This document shows positions 1 through 16,297 of a stretch of DNA of 64,000 nt, in pieces. The stretch lies in NCBI RefSeq assembly GCF_009914755.1, contig NC_060935.1; one strand, 5' to 3'. The notes below the pieces were generated by a model. The model had not been told where the DNA came from and searched no databases. It saw only the letters and a list, made by a program, of their open reading frames with translations. Position 1 is the first letter of the stretch; the number at the start of each line of letters is the position of its first letter. The DNA is from the human T2T-CHM13v2.0 reference genome, Homo sapiens. The position numbers were made by a program, and so were the translations under genes.

Positions 1-667
<667 letters not shown>

Positions 668-669
668 TT

Positions 670-861
670 ACAAGACAGGGATGCCCTCTCTCACCACTCC
701 TATTCAACATAGTGTTGGAAGTTCTGGCCAGGGCAATCAGGCAGGAGAAAGAAATAAAGAGTATTCAGTTAGGAAAAGAGGCAGTCAAATTGTCCCTGTT
801 TGCAGATGACATAATTGTATATTTAGAAAACCCCATCGTCTCAGCCCAAAATCTCCTTAAG
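670..861 (+). mobile_element. Inverted 5' segment of the same L1 insertion (twin-priming inversion)
   Basis: Sense L1 ORF2 (acaagacagggatgccc...aaatctccttaag) directly abuts the antisense part; followed by ttttacacaatttttt|aaa, an L1 endonuclease-like site. Confidence 0.9.
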
Positions 862-1394
862 TTTTACACAATTTTTTAAACTTACCTTGTGATCTTTCTC
901 CTCTGCAACTTTGCTAACGTAGTTCCCATGCCTCTATCTGGACTTCACACTTCTGTGCCCCCTGGAAATACCACTCCCCCACTCCCCAACCAAAAAAGGG
1001 AAATTTAAAAAAGAAAGTAAAATTTTCTATCCCCCTTTGAAGACAAATTAAAAGATATAGTCTCCTTCCAAAACTAATTGTTCAGCAAGCTGTGTTCCTA
1101 TATTTTTCATTCACCATACAGCTCTGATGCCATCGTCTAACAGTTATTAGACTCCATCAGGTTATTTGCCTTGAACCCCAAATCGTTGGGAACTAAGTGA
1201 TGTTTAGTGCTCAGCTGGGAGGGAGGTCTGGCATTTAAGGGCTCTCTATGAGTGAGTGTAACCCGGGCGAATGCCTGCAGCGAGGAAGGCACAGACACAG
1301 AAGACTGCAAGCCTTTATCTGGAAAAGTTTATGGCAACAATGACAGCACGCTTAACAATGATATATTTATTATATAATTATATCATATATGTAA

Positions 1395-1757
<363 letters not shown>

Positions 1758-1922
1758 TACGCCCACTTCTTACTATAATCTTTCCATTCACTAGCGGCTT
1801 CTCTGATCCCATTTCCTCTTCGAACCTGAGCTCAAACCAGCCTGGGTCTGACCGGCCAATCCGAGCGCAGTCTTCCGCAGTCGCGAGTACGGCTGCAGCC
1901 AATGAGAGACCGGGGCGCCTCG

Positions 1923-1932
1923 GTGGGGTGAG
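1923..1932 (-). promoter_or_regulatory. SRE-like element (CTCACCCCAC) next to NF-Y boxes
   Basis: gtggggtgag is the reverse complement of CTCACCCCAC, 9/10 match to SRE-1 ATCACCCCAC, 20 nt from CCAAT 1899. Confidence 0.55.
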
Positions 1933-2213
1933 ACAGGGCGCTCACTGGCGGAACCCCGGGGGACGCGGTGATGGGAGGAGTGTGGGAGGGGCAGTGGAAC
2001 TGGAGTCAGCTAATGGCTGACGCACTACGCGCAGAGGGAAAGACGGGTCACCAATAGCGACACGGATATGGCCCCGCGGGCGGGGTTTAGGCCCAAAGTG
2101 GTGTCGGAGCAGCGCCTATTAGTGTCATCCTCACCGTCACGGCCGGCGCCTCCTCCTGGATTCATTCACTCGCTCTTTTCATTCACGAAGGTAGTGAGGC
2201 CTAGTGGAAAGCC

Positions 2214-2373
2214 ATGGAGAGCGCTCTCCCCGCCGCCGGCTTCCTGTACTGGGTCGGCGCGGGCACCGTGGCCTACCTAGCCCTGCGTATTTCGTACTCG
2301 CTCTTCACGGCCCTCCGGGTCTGGGGAGTGGGGAATGAGGCGGGGGTCGGCCCGGGGCTCGGAGAATGGGCAG
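2214..2373 (+). CDS. HSD17B12: HSD17B12 coding exon 1 (very-long-chain 3-oxoacyl-CoA reductase / 17-beta-HSD12), 53 codons + 1 nt
   Basis: Kozak gccATGG; MESALPAAGFLYWVGAGTVAYLALRISYSLFTALRVWGVGNEAGVGPGLGEWA is the recognised HSD17B12 N-terminus with a hydrophobic anchor; donor CAG|GTGAGT at 2373/2374 (phase 1). Confidence 0.97.
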
Positions 2374-3656
2374 GTGAGTCGGATGCAGCGCCGCGTCCTC
2401 GCTCCCGCGGCGGCCCAGACCAGGCCTGGGCCGTGATGACTAGTTCTGGGCTCTGCTCCTGGCCTTCCCCTCCCCAGCTCTCCTCTTTCTCAGGCTCCTG
2501 TGCCCCGCGGGCCCCTCCTGGCTCCCTTGGCTGTCTTCTGCTTGCTTAGACTACTTGCAGAGTTTTAAGGTACGAAATACACTGCTCGCTCAATCCTGGG
2601 AATCTAAGCTCAGCTTAGGGTGTAGGAGAAAACTGCCTTAAGTCTCTGGGGCTTGTGCCCTTTAAGCCATTCCGTGTTCATGGAGCCAGTCAGTCGCCCT
2701 GCTGCCTCCTCAGTCACACGCTGTCCTCCTTGGTTCGCCCCTTGTAAGTGTTTTTAAAATAAAGTTTTTCGCTCGGTTTGAATATTGGCCCTGTGCTAAG
2801 GATGCAGAGCATTCTGTTAACATGTTTGGGCAGAGGATGGAAAGGGGTGTAGGGACACAATTTCAGAAGGCTTTTTGCACTGCGGAATCGTACCTCCCCA
2901 GTTACGATTAAGATAGTAATCGTATCTGGATTTGGCCTATTTCATACAATTACAAAGCCCCTTTAAAAGGAATTCTCGCTAAACTGTTCTGGAGTCCTAA
3001 CGAGTAGCAAGAACTATTGCTTCTGTAAAATGATAACTCATCATGTTAAAATCAGATTTTTTTTTTTTTTCCACAAGGACGTTTGTAGGAAAAAGTATAC
3101 CCGTAAAGAGTGAACCAAACACATGGAACTTGTAGTCGGAGGATTTTTAAAATGGAGGACGAAGGTCAGGTTGAGGAAATAGGGAAAATTATCTGCAGGG
3201 AAGTTTTGCTCCCCCCCCCCTTTTTTTTTTCTTTTTCAACCTATTTTGTTTCCTTCTTTGCTTTATTTTTCGTCTCTTGGCCTTTTTTCCCTTTAAACCG
3301 AGTGATTACTTATGATATGCTTGTGGTCCTACCCTGAGATGATTATTTATTTTGATGTTTTATAATCGAATGTGCACTTCCTAAGCATTTTATTGAATTT
3401 TGGGGTGGTTAGGCATTGCCTGCAGACTGGGCTCAGGTAAGATACACTAATAATGTTACTCCATGTTCTTTGTTTATTTAGAAACATTTAAACAACCTAG
3501 TAGGAAAGACATATGTTAACCTTTTGGGTTTATGTTAACATTAAGAGAAAACATCTTAGCAGTGGATATGTATGTGAAATCTTTGGACGATGTGGAGCAA
3601 CATTATAATTCTGTTTCACAGTCACCTGTTTCTCTGAAAAAGGAAGTGAAATGTTC

Positions 3657-3946
<290 letters not shown>

Positions 3947-4154
3947 AGAAAGTGAAGTATTCAACTTGGTTATAATTAAGATTATGATTTCCCAATTGAC
4001 TTGCCCACATTCTTCATTGTTAGTTTTGGAAAACCTGTTTGAAGACTTTTGACTACAAAAGACTACAAGATTTTTATACAAGATAAAAATTAGGGAATTG
4101 TATCAAGATAAAATTTGTAATTGGTAAGCAAAGACTAATGTTAATAACTTGTTG

Positions 4155-4522
<368 letters not shown>

Positions 4523-6054
4523 TGATTATTCAAATGATAAGTCCAAGTCATCTACATATGAGTGTACAGTAAAAGGCAAGTGATGTAACACCATAAGTAA
4601 CATTTGTGTTGAAAAGATTTGGCCCCAGAGGAAGGATAATTGATAAATTAAGGGAAGTATTTGTGTAAGATTTAGATATGAAATTTGAACTGGAACACTG
4701 GAACAGCAGAGGATCATAGTATCATAATTGAAGTGAAATGCTGACAGGTTCAATTTACCCTGGGTTTTGGATTTTTTTTTTTTAAATGCTTAAGCAGAAG
4801 AAGTGATCTTAAAAGAAAATACTCCCTTTATCTTCAAATTCTGGGACTCTTCAAAAACAAAATTAAGAGCAGCTCATCTTAAACAGGTTCTTCACATGAG
4901 TTGGAGGGGTGAACTGAAATAATTTGAAAAACAAACTAGCAGAGATGACACTTGAATAATTAGAGTTGTGATTAAAAATATTGTTCCACCAAAGTTATGA
5001 TTTTAGAATTGTTGTATGTAAATAGTACTAGTAAGTTTTTTCCCTACGAAATTACTATCTTAATCTCAAGAGTCTCTGTTCTTATGCAGCCTTTGAATCT
5101 ACTTTCTAGTACTAATATTTAATATTTTCCTCTTTAAAACCAATTATATATTTTAAGTATTTTATTAGTATATGTTGAATTGATACTATATTTTTATTCT
5201 TGTTATTCTTAGTCTCTTCATGTGAGTATCTTCATGTGAGTATGTTTAATCTGTCTGCCTCAGATTTTAGGATCTGAGGGGCAGAAAGCGTGGATTCTCA
5301 CTTTTTGTCTTTTCTCACAAATTGGCTCTTCTAAATTTAAGAACAAAAACTTTGAAAAACTTGAAATACAGGTATGCTTCACAATCAGTAAAATATTCTA
5401 GATAACAGTTTCCTTAGTGTTGTTAGGCTTTCAAGACTGTCCATTACTTGGGTGGCCCACACTCTAATTTATCTCCATCTCCTGGTCAAGAGCTGGGCCA
5501 TCTCTTTCTCCTAGTTCTCACCAGTAACATTCCCACTCAGGTGAATCCCCTGTGTTCCCTATACCCCTAGAAGGTGGGTTTAGCCAATTTAGTAAGTAAG
5601 ACTTCTTTGTCATTGTTACCCGAATACTTCCTGTATTTCTTAGGAGAACAAAAGGAGATCCTGTGAATGTGGAGTTTCAGGTGTTTGAAGGTCAGTGTAG
5701 CAAGTAATCAAAAAAAGATTGATAACAAAGGTGGTCAGTTTGTATTAAATAAAGGAAAGAACAGTCACTGCTATAGAGCAATAAAAAATGTGATCTGTAG
5801 AATGTGGTTTGACCATAAATACATTTTGCAAGTATTTGAGTAGTTTCCATTGCTGGAGTTCATCTAAAATGATTGCTATTGAAATAAAGTGGAGATGATA
5901 GATGCAAAGGCAAGGTAAGTAGACTTCCAATGTCAAGATATTTTATAACTTTAAACATAAGACAGCACTCTGAGCACTTATTTTTAGTTTTTAATGAAGA
6001 GGATATTGTTACACGCAGTGAAGAATAAATGATCCACTAATCAGTTAGTGAGTT

Positions 6055-6450
6055 AGATTTTTTAAAACAACTTTAGTGGGATATAATTAATATACCATAC
6101 AATTTGCCCATTTAAAGTGTACAATTCAAGGTTTTTACTTATGTTCACAGGGTTGTGCAACCATCATCAAATCTAATTTCAGAACATTTTCATCTTCCTT
6201 AAAAGAAATGCTGTACCCATTAGGCCCTTCACTCCCTGACCCCCACCCGCTCCAGCCCTAGTCAACTACCAATCTACTTTCTGTCTACGTAGGTTTGCCT
6301 GTTCTGGATATTTCATATAAATGGAATCATACAATAGGTGTTCTTTTTTGTTAGTGGCTCTTTGATTTTTGCATAATGTTTTCAAGTTTCATCTATGAAA
6401 TCTGTACTTCATTTTGTTTGTATTGCTGAATAATATTCTGTTTTGTGGAG
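6055..6450 (-). mobile_element. Old L1M (L1MB/ME-type) 3' end fragment
   Basis: acaatttgcccatttaaagtgtacaattc...ttctggatatttcatataaatggaatcatac is typical L1M 3'UTR antisense. Confidence 0.8.
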
Positions 6451-6899
6451 TGAGGTCAGATTTCACAAAAAAAGTCTTCAACCCTTTGTTCTACCCTCTG
6501 GATGTTTACATTAGCAAATCTCTAAGATGTAGCTTCTGGTTGCTGATGGAACTCGTTTGGCTTTGCAGTATTCCAAGGTTCTCCTAATTCAGTAGATAGT
6601 GAGGACTTAAAAATGGCATGGAATGGTGTGGTTCTCCTCTGGAAAAACCATTCATGAAAACATGCTTTGCTTAGCCATGCTCAAGAATCAAAGGATTCTC
6701 AAAATCACAGGTATAATCACAATTTCTGTTTTCACATTGGTTAACTGCACAGGGTTAACCTCAAATGACTGAAGAATACTTGTGTAACTAGAGCTTATTA
6801 ATAGTAGGTGTCTTTCTTTAACAAGAGTTTGTGATATCACATGATTTGAAGAATTATATATGAAATGTTAGTTATTTAAATTGACAACCCAGAAGAAAT

Positions 6900-7100
6900 A
6901 TTAATAACTATCATTTATTGAATGGGTGCTTGAAATGTGCCAGGAACTTGAGATTATTTTTAACCTCTTTGAGCTGTGCTCCGTTGTCCCCAGTGGACAG
7001 AGGAAGAATCAGAGGGTTTAGTAAATTGCTTTCATTATCTATGGTTTCATAGCTATTAAATTGCAGAGTCAGGATTTGAAACCAAGTCATCCGTTCTGCA
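6900..7100 (-). mobile_element. MIR
   Basis: catttattgaa...tgtgccagg...gcagagtcaggatttgaaaccaag MIR-like motifs. Confidence 0.65.
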
Positions 7101-8709
7101 ACATTCGTACACTGTATGTTGGTGATGGGCCTACAGACTGGATGAGTACTCGGGAGTAGATTTCTTTATACCTACAAACTTTATTAAAAGCTTTTTGATT
7201 GAAGACACACTTTTACTTTTTAAAATTTAAATTTTTGTTTTATTTTTAAGAACAATCTCAGACCAAAAAAAGGCACAGTTTCAAATTTGCACATTCATGA
7301 TTTTTCTGGAAGGATTGCAGAATAGTTGGCACATTTTGGGATCAAGTAGCTTGGGATTTTCTTCAGATTTGCAACCATAAATCTTGTCGTATGAGAAAAT
7401 ACTGGAAAGATACTAAGGTGCTTAACAAAGCAAAGGGTTTGACAGTCATCAGAATGGTGGGATTTGACTTCGAATGCTATTTTCTGTTTATCGCTCTGGC
7501 ATTCTTGAATGGATTTAGTGACTCCCTGGAGGTCCAGCTTGGTAAATGTCATATGCTTGCTGTTGACATTCTAGTATTGGGGTATAGATACCTGTTCTTA
7601 CTGGCGAGCCAATGTTGATCGCAGTAGTCATTACATGGGTTATGTTTTTCGCAGAGGCAGGGAAGGTGAGGGAAGGCAGAGAAACAAACTTAGTCATAAA
7701 TGTTTTTGAATATTTGTTTATTCTGCCCTTTGGCTCCCGAAAGGGAGTACGTGTGCCTAAATGGAAAAAGTTCTGCAGATTAAAGTTGGCAGGGCAACTT
7801 TCAAGTACTAGTGCTGGAGTCTACATAAGAGGAAACAGATGCAACTGAAGATTGGACCTAAAAGCATACCTTTATCTGATTTGGAGGAAAAACCAAAGAG
7901 GGAGGTTTCCTGGGATTACAGATCCTGAGTCTACATTCCCTGAATATCTTCTTCCCTCACTCCCCTCCCGACTAGCCCCCATTGCTCCCACCCTGTTTTT
8001 TTTTTTTTTTTTTCCTGTTCTTTCTTTCTGTGCAACACTAACTTTCCTATTTAGAGGTCAAACTTGAACTTGGAGACCCAAACCTAGACTTGAATTCTAG
8101 CTTCCCTACAGATTTCATAGGCTTATTGTGAAGGGTAAATGAGAATACTTATTCTCTGTAAAACAGATAGTACATAAGTGCTTGATAACTTGTTATTATT
8201 ATAGTATTATTAGCCTTAGTAGCACTGTGCTCTGATTACCTGAGCTAATTGCCAGGGTAAGGTTTAGAAGAAAGAGTTGATATCTGGGTGACTACATTGT
8301 CAGATAACTGAGATTACCATTGCTACTTGCAACTGAGAGTGTTGAGCTTTAAAACTAATTTTTTGTTGTTGTTGGTTTTGGTTGGTTGAATTGAGGATAA
8401 TTTATTTCTTTCAGTTTCAGAAAAATTTGTCAGAAGATTTACATAACAAAATTTATAAGTTTAGAATGCATGGGTAAACGGATTTGAATAGATCAGTTTC
8501 AGTGCCATTAAAAGCTATTTGTAGATAAGGATAAGTTAAATGTATATTTTAAAAATAGTGCATCCTTTATTTCATTTCTCTTCTTGTCACTCTTAGCAAA
8601 ACAACGTGTAGCAATTCATATGCATGTCATCTGGGATGGATTGAGATTAAGGTTAGGGAGGCAGGGTGAGCAAAGCCCTCACTGGGCTTGGTGGAGAGTA
8701 TGACATAAC

Positions 8710-9200
8710 ACTATTCATTTGCCCATTTATCCACCACAAATACTGTTGAGTGCTAACTATAGACCTTATAATAGTCCAATGGGATGACAAACAGTAACAA
8801 AATGAATAAACTGTGCTATGGTAAGTGGTGAGAACAGGAGGTATTTGGTCCTATGAGAATTTGTGAGGGAAAGTTCTAGAGCTGTGCTGGGGAAGCAGTG
8901 CCTCAGCTGAGATCTGGCGGTTGAGTGTAAGTGAGCAAGCTGGAGTGACAGGAAGGGCAGAGGGAAGAATGTTCTTGGCAGAAGGAAAAGCAGTTGCTAA
9001 ATTCCTAGGGCAGGAAAGGGCAGGGCCCTCATGAAACGAGGGCTGAGTGACGAGCCAGGAAAGCTCAGATATGAGTGCCATGGAACTGGAGAGGCAAGAA
9101 GGGCAATGAGCAGGGCCTTCAGCCTTTATCCTGGAGCAGTGGAAAGCAGTTGAGGTGATTTTAAGCAGAAGGGTAACACTGTTGTGTTTGCAACTGTAAG
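8710..9200 (-). mobile_element. L2 fragment
   Basis: L2-like motifs (attcatt...tactgttgagtgct; ttttaagcagaagg). Confidence 0.55.
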
Positions 9201-9333
9201 CCGAATTTCTTGTTTCTATGACTTCCCTAGAGTTATTGCCGGCCCTCTTTGGGAAAACATTGTTACACAGAGATAGATCAGTGTAGGTATTCAGATAAAC
9301 TCAGTTAAAATTGCCTTTTTTAAAATGTCAATT

Positions 9334-9629
9334 GGCTGGGCGCAGTGGCTCATGCCTGTAATTCCAACACTTTGGGAGGCTGAAGTGGGCGGATCACTTG
9401 AGGCCAGGAGTTTCAGACCAGCCTGGCCAACATGGCAAAACCACATCTCTACTAAAAATACAAAAATTAGCCAAGTGTGGTGGTATGCACCTGTAGTCCC
9501 CGCTACTCGGGAGGCTGAGGCACCAGAATAGCTTGAACCCAGGAGGCGGAGGTTGCAGTGAGCCGAGATTGCACCACTGCGCTCCAGAGTGGGCAACTGA
9601 GCAACACTCTGTCTCAAAAAAAAAAAAAA
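9334..9629 (+). mobile_element. AluS
   Basis: Full Alu dimer with A tail. Confidence 0.95.
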
Positions 9630-10619
9630 TTTAATGAATACAATAAAATGGGAATTTATGCTTTTTGTAAGGGATGCTACTTTTGTGCACTTCTTAGTTA
9701 TCATCTCTCAGAGACCATTTCTGTCTGGGGGAAAAGTCTGATCACTGTGGTATGGGAAGTTCTTCTCTTACAGGGACTGAGTGATGGGGTTATTGAAACA
9801 CTGAAACTAGGTTATTGCTTTGTCATGGTAACTCCATAATACCATGGTGTGGTAGTTGAGAAGCTTGCCACAAATCTGTATCAGAAAGAACGCTTTGTTT
9901 TATTTGTCGATTTTTGTCTACAAAACAATGCGTTTGCCCTATCTCTAACTGGCAATTCCAGGAAAACTATCCAGTTTCTGGAAAGTTATCTTTGCCACCA
10001 TTTAGTGAAGTTATTTCCATTTAAATAACCTAGTCATTGTGGAAGAGAGGAAGGGCTAGACAGTTTAAGAACTTGAACAATTGGTGCCTCTCAAGAGTAT
10101 TACATTGGGAAACAGTATAGCTAACAAACAGATTGGCTTTGGAGTCAGTGGGCAAGCTGTGCTGTTACTAAGCTGGTTGACCTTAGGCAAAAATAGTTAA
10201 CCTCTGAGCATAACTTCTTTCATTTTTTAGGGGGATGATACTTTTCGGGATTATTATGACAATTAAATGAGATGTAAATGAGGTTCTAGTATAGTCCTTA
10301 CTGTATTTTTATGAATATTAAGTAACATATATTTAAGAGCATCATTTGTTTGTATAGATTACTCTTATTGGATGAAAAGGGATTGTTGAAACTAAGAAAT
10401 AATTGTAGTTCACTCAGCAGGTATACACTTGAAAATCTAAAATTATGAACAGACCAATTAGGAGATGACTAGTGCTACTGCAGAAGAATTCCTTGCTTGG
10501 GTAAAAGATTTACTAAGCAGTTCCTTTATATATAGATCCCCTTAGTGAGTAAATCTAAGATAGGAAGGACTTCAAAAAATTTGGTTATTTATAATTTTTC
10601 AATTACATTTGTAAAAACC

Positions 10620-11740
<1,121 letters not shown>

Positions 11741-11760
11741 TATCTGTTAAGTAAGGTATT

Positions 11761-11761
<1 letters not shown>

Positions 11762-11825
<64 letters not shown>

Positions 11826-11945
11826 CTGAGACAGGGTCTCACTATATTGCCCAGGCTGGCCTCAAACTCCTGGGCTCAAGCAATCCTCCTGCCTTAGCCT
11901 CCTGAGTTGCTGGGACTATAGGCATGTGTCCCAGCTGTGTCTGGC
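11762..11945 (-). mobile_element. Alu monomer (FLAM-like) with compound (AT)n-(T)n tail
   Basis: (AT)n then long T run then left-arm-type Alu monomer. Confidence 0.85.
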
Positions 11946-12109
11946 TTCCAGTCTTTTTAATATTAAGGGATAATGATTTTTGTGAATTATCTTCTCTTTT
12001 TACATTCTCTTATCAGCTACAAATCTAACAAATATTAGCGGTTTCCCAACCTCTAAGAATGAAATTATTTAATCTAAAAATATAGAGTAACCTCAGGACG
12101 AAGTTCTCC

Positions 12110-12320
12110 TAATACAGACTCTGGAACTAGATTACCTACTTTTGAATCCCAGCTCAGCTAGTTACAGTGTTATCACCTTAACTTCTGTGTGCCTCAGTTT
12201 CCTCATCTGTAAAATTGGGATAATTATAGATTGGAAATACTGAATAAATGGGGCTAACTGATTTAATGTGTGTGGAATACTTAGACTACTGAGAACACTA
12301 CCTGACATTTCAATGTTAAA
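12110..12320 (+). mobile_element. MIR
   Basis: MIR core ctgtgtgcctcagtttcctcatctgtaaaattggg. Confidence 0.85.
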
Positions 12321-15300
12321 TACTATAGAAATGATAGCAGATATTATCTGATGGGATGATTCTGATTTTATCCACATGCATCTTTTCCCGACTTTCCCTC
12401 AAATTTCTAAAGACACTGCATATTCCCTTCTAGATGATTATCAAAGTCGTCAATTTTAGTATGTCTAAAATTTAGCTTTTCTACTCTCCCCAGCGTGTTC
12501 TGGACTTCCTTATTTTTGCTAATTATGTCATCGTCTTGCTAGTCATGCAGCTCCAAATCAGAGATGGCAAATTCTGATGCCTCAGGCAGGTCAAGTAAAA
12601 TGAGTGAAGTGGACCAGGTGTAATGCATGTCAAGACACTGTCCAGGTAACCAGGCATGGTCTCTAGTAGCAGCCTTCAGCAACACTGGCACAGTCCTCTC
12701 AGATTTTCACCAGCAGCCCAAATCTAGATTTTCATATAGAAAGTTTCTTAATTGTTTAGAGTTGATGCAAATTTCTCAGGTTTACTCTGTGGACCAAATA
12801 AATTATGTCAGTGGCTAGATGCATCAAGTAGCCAGTTTGCTCCCTCATCTCTAAGTCTTAGAATCATGCTTTCCTTTGCACATCTAGACAGGAAATTGCC
12901 AAATCTTGCTGAATCTACCACTACAGTCTCTCTCGCATCCATACCTTCCTCTATGTTCTCCTAATATATTGCCTCCCTACCAAATCTTACACTCACTCTG
13001 GCGCAAGTTTAATCTACCAGTGAAGCCTCCAATCAAGTTACCCCTTCCTTATACCTTACACATACAGGTCAGAAGTTTCATAATGTCTATGCAAACATCA
13101 GGCTCCTTGGCCCTTTTGATCTTGGCCTTGTGTCTGTTTCTGATGTCACCTCCTTTGCACCCTTCCTTGGATGCATCCTGGATGACGTCCTGTGTCCCAG
13201 ACATGCCTGTGCTTTCCTGCTTCTTGCAGCCTCCAGGGCCTTGCTTGTGCAGAGGCATTTAGTAGGTTTTGGTGGTTGTTGCATGTTGGCCTCACTCTGC
13301 CTGAGGTGCTCTTTCTCATATTCCACACTCTTCCTCACTCTTCCTGTTTGTGAAATTCTACTCATGTTCCAGAGTGTCAATTGTGACTTTTTGCATTGAG
13401 AGCTTTCTAGATGATAGTGACTGTGCACTTTTGGAACTCTAATAGTATTTCTTGTATTCATTCTGGTGGGCTTTTTCACAGTTTACCTTATTAGTCGTGT
13501 GTATGTATATGTGTGCATGTATCACTTCATTTGCTCAAAAGTGTATTTGCACTATAATATTTCATGAGTGAATACTTTTTTCCTTGAGGTTCTGGTGTAT
13601 TTCAATTGGGGGGTCAGATGTTTTGCTTTAGTTTTCTATTTTTTGTTCTACTTTGCAAAATAATTTGTGAACTGTTTTTTCTCCTTCTTCTGAAACCTCA
13701 AGTGCTATACATCTAAAAATGCTAGATTGAAAATAAACCAAGGCTGGTTAGACAAAGCTGGTTACAGAGTTATGATAGCAGGGCTGTCATACTAGTTTTG
13801 AAAATGTATAGTGCACTGAGATCAAAAAGATGTCCTTGAATAATATTGGTAACAGGCTAACCTTTCTTCATCTGTGGTATCAGGAAATTACAGGGAGTTA
13901 CAGGGAACTGAACACTCTGCCATATTTAATAAACATTAAATATAAATTTGGTAGTATATTTATTATTCTTTCCCAAATCTTTACAAAATTGTTGTGAGTA
14001 GATTTTCCTTTAGTAAGAAAGATTTCTCCAATTAAAGTTTTAGTAACACCTTGCTAATTGGTAAGGCTTATTGGTAAGACTAATTCGTGAAAAATTAAAT
14101 TCTAGAGTGTGTTGACCAAAATGTAGTTTTTAATTTTGAAATTGTGATAAAATAAGTCCATACCTTCTGGAACTACCATTCTTTTTGAATTGTTGAAGAC
14201 TCTGGACCAAATTCCCTGGAAAATCTCTTTGATAGTAAATACATTGAATAGTAAGCAGAATAGAACCAGAAACTGCTATAAAGTTAACCATAGAGCATTG
14301 AGTATATAGTTTATTTGCTTCATGGAAATAAATGAATACTACAGTTGGTTGACAATTTTTACACAAGTTTAGTCAGCCATTTTGTGAAAAAACTTGAGAA
14401 AATGAAAAAAATCAGGAGGCAGAAGAGAATCATGATAGAATAGCAGAACTGGAAGGGATGTTAGCAACCTCTTCACTTCAATTATTAGGGAAATACATGC
14501 TGGAAAAGGTAATGACTTGCCCAAGATTATGCATCCAGTTAGAGAATGGCCAGGCCAGACAGTTCAGTGGCAAAGGGCAGAAGTGGTGGATGCATCTGTG
14601 GTAGATTGATTAAAAGCAACGATAGGAGCGATGAGCAGCAGGCTCTGACAGCAAAGTGGAAGAGATTTGTCTGGGTTGAATTAGAGGAAAGTGGTGAGGA
14701 GGATAAGCAGAGGTGATTTAGTGATAGTGATGAGGATGCTGGCAGAACTGGACATCATCACACATTCCTGAAACTGGTATGAGGCAAGAAACAGTCCTCT
14801 CTATACAAGAGCCTAAACTCTTAAAGAAATGATATGTACCTTTTTAGCCCTTAAGGATGCCATTATGCCATGCTCTTGGTACACCCTACATAGATGTTAA
14901 GACCAGGAGGCACTTGTTCATTGTATATAGTGGTGCAAGCTAAGTTAGTTGATCCAATATCTCCTACCCAGAGTCTCAGCTGTGCTTATATCCCAAACTA
15001 CTGATTATGTTGATGACACTTAATTCCCAAGGAAATACTGCATTTAGTATATGTTCCTCAAGGTGGCCAAAAAAGAATATAGTATTTTTTAGAAATTTAA
15101 ATACCAGTGTAAAAAAATCCTTTAATATTCCTAGTCTGGAGAAAACTTCTTCAGATTGATTTTACTGTAATGACTGGCATTAACTGCTCATAACCAAGCT
15201 AACTTCCAGTAGGAATATTGTCAGCTTTGCTTTACTGATAGCTGAGACTCTAGTCCTGTAGAAGCAGTACTCATACAGTAGACAGGTTCCCCTGATCTTG

Positions 15301-15780
15301 CACATCCAATCTTATAATTTTGCCGTGGAACAGGAAGCTACTGCTTATCTGTGTGTTCCAATGCCTATCACTGTCTGTCATGTGTAAGGAGGCGATGATC
15401 TCCTTACAGATAACGTGAAAACAAAAGCCACATTGGGCTAGACAACAACATTCACACATTCTGAATTAGAGCAGGCTGATTTAATAAAATGTTACTGTAA
15501 TGGTGACATTTTAATTTACAGAGCCCTTTTCAAGTATTCTTGAATTATTTCCATAACAACCCTATGAGGCAGGTTAGGGTTGGTTTTGTTATTTCCATGT
15601 AATATACCAAGACCAGATGGAGATGCAGTGACTGGTATAAGGGTTACACAGATAGTAAGTAGCAGAAGAAATTGAATCTAGGTTTTCTGACTCTAGGCTC
15701 CATGTTCTTTCTAATTTACTGCCAAAGCTGCTAAATAAGGGTGATTTTAAGGCCATTTGGAATACTTGCACATGAGCTTA

Positions 15781-16110
<330 letters not shown>

Positions 16111-16297
16111 TTAAAGGTCTGTTTATATCATGGCAGTATTCAAATTCATCTGGATCATATGAATCAGTCCAGTGTGCTCATTAACGTTACATTCTAGGGC
16201 TTTACTACAGACCTACAGAAAAAAAATCTGTAAGAAAAGAGCATGGGACCATGTATTTTTAACAAATAAGATGATTCTTAAGGTCATGCATTTTGGG

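Larger units (their letters stand above)
1780..2560 (+). promoter_or_regulatory. HSD17B12: CpG island / TATA-less promoter of HSD17B12
   Basis: High GC and CpG density around exon 1; CCAAT at 1856, 1899 and 2051; GC box GGGCGGGG 2078-2085; CRE-like TGACGCA 2018-2024. Confidence 0.85.

Noticed and set aside
1957-1991. Promoter G-quadruplex candidate
   Set aside because: Loops of 8-10 nt; G-runs are expected in a CpG island
2374-2549. C-terminal half of the 111-aa ORF 2214..2549
   Set aside because: Read-through into intron 1 past the canonical CAG|GTGAGT donor; not the HSD17B12 protein
5215-5242. 14-bp tandem duplication (similar short repeats near 41765, 59518 and 4050)
   Set aside because: Ordinary slippage duplications with no array structure; nothing CRISPR-like in the window
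12559-12853. Possible hAT DNA-transposon relic
   Set aside because: Too diverged to assign a family or ends confidently by eye
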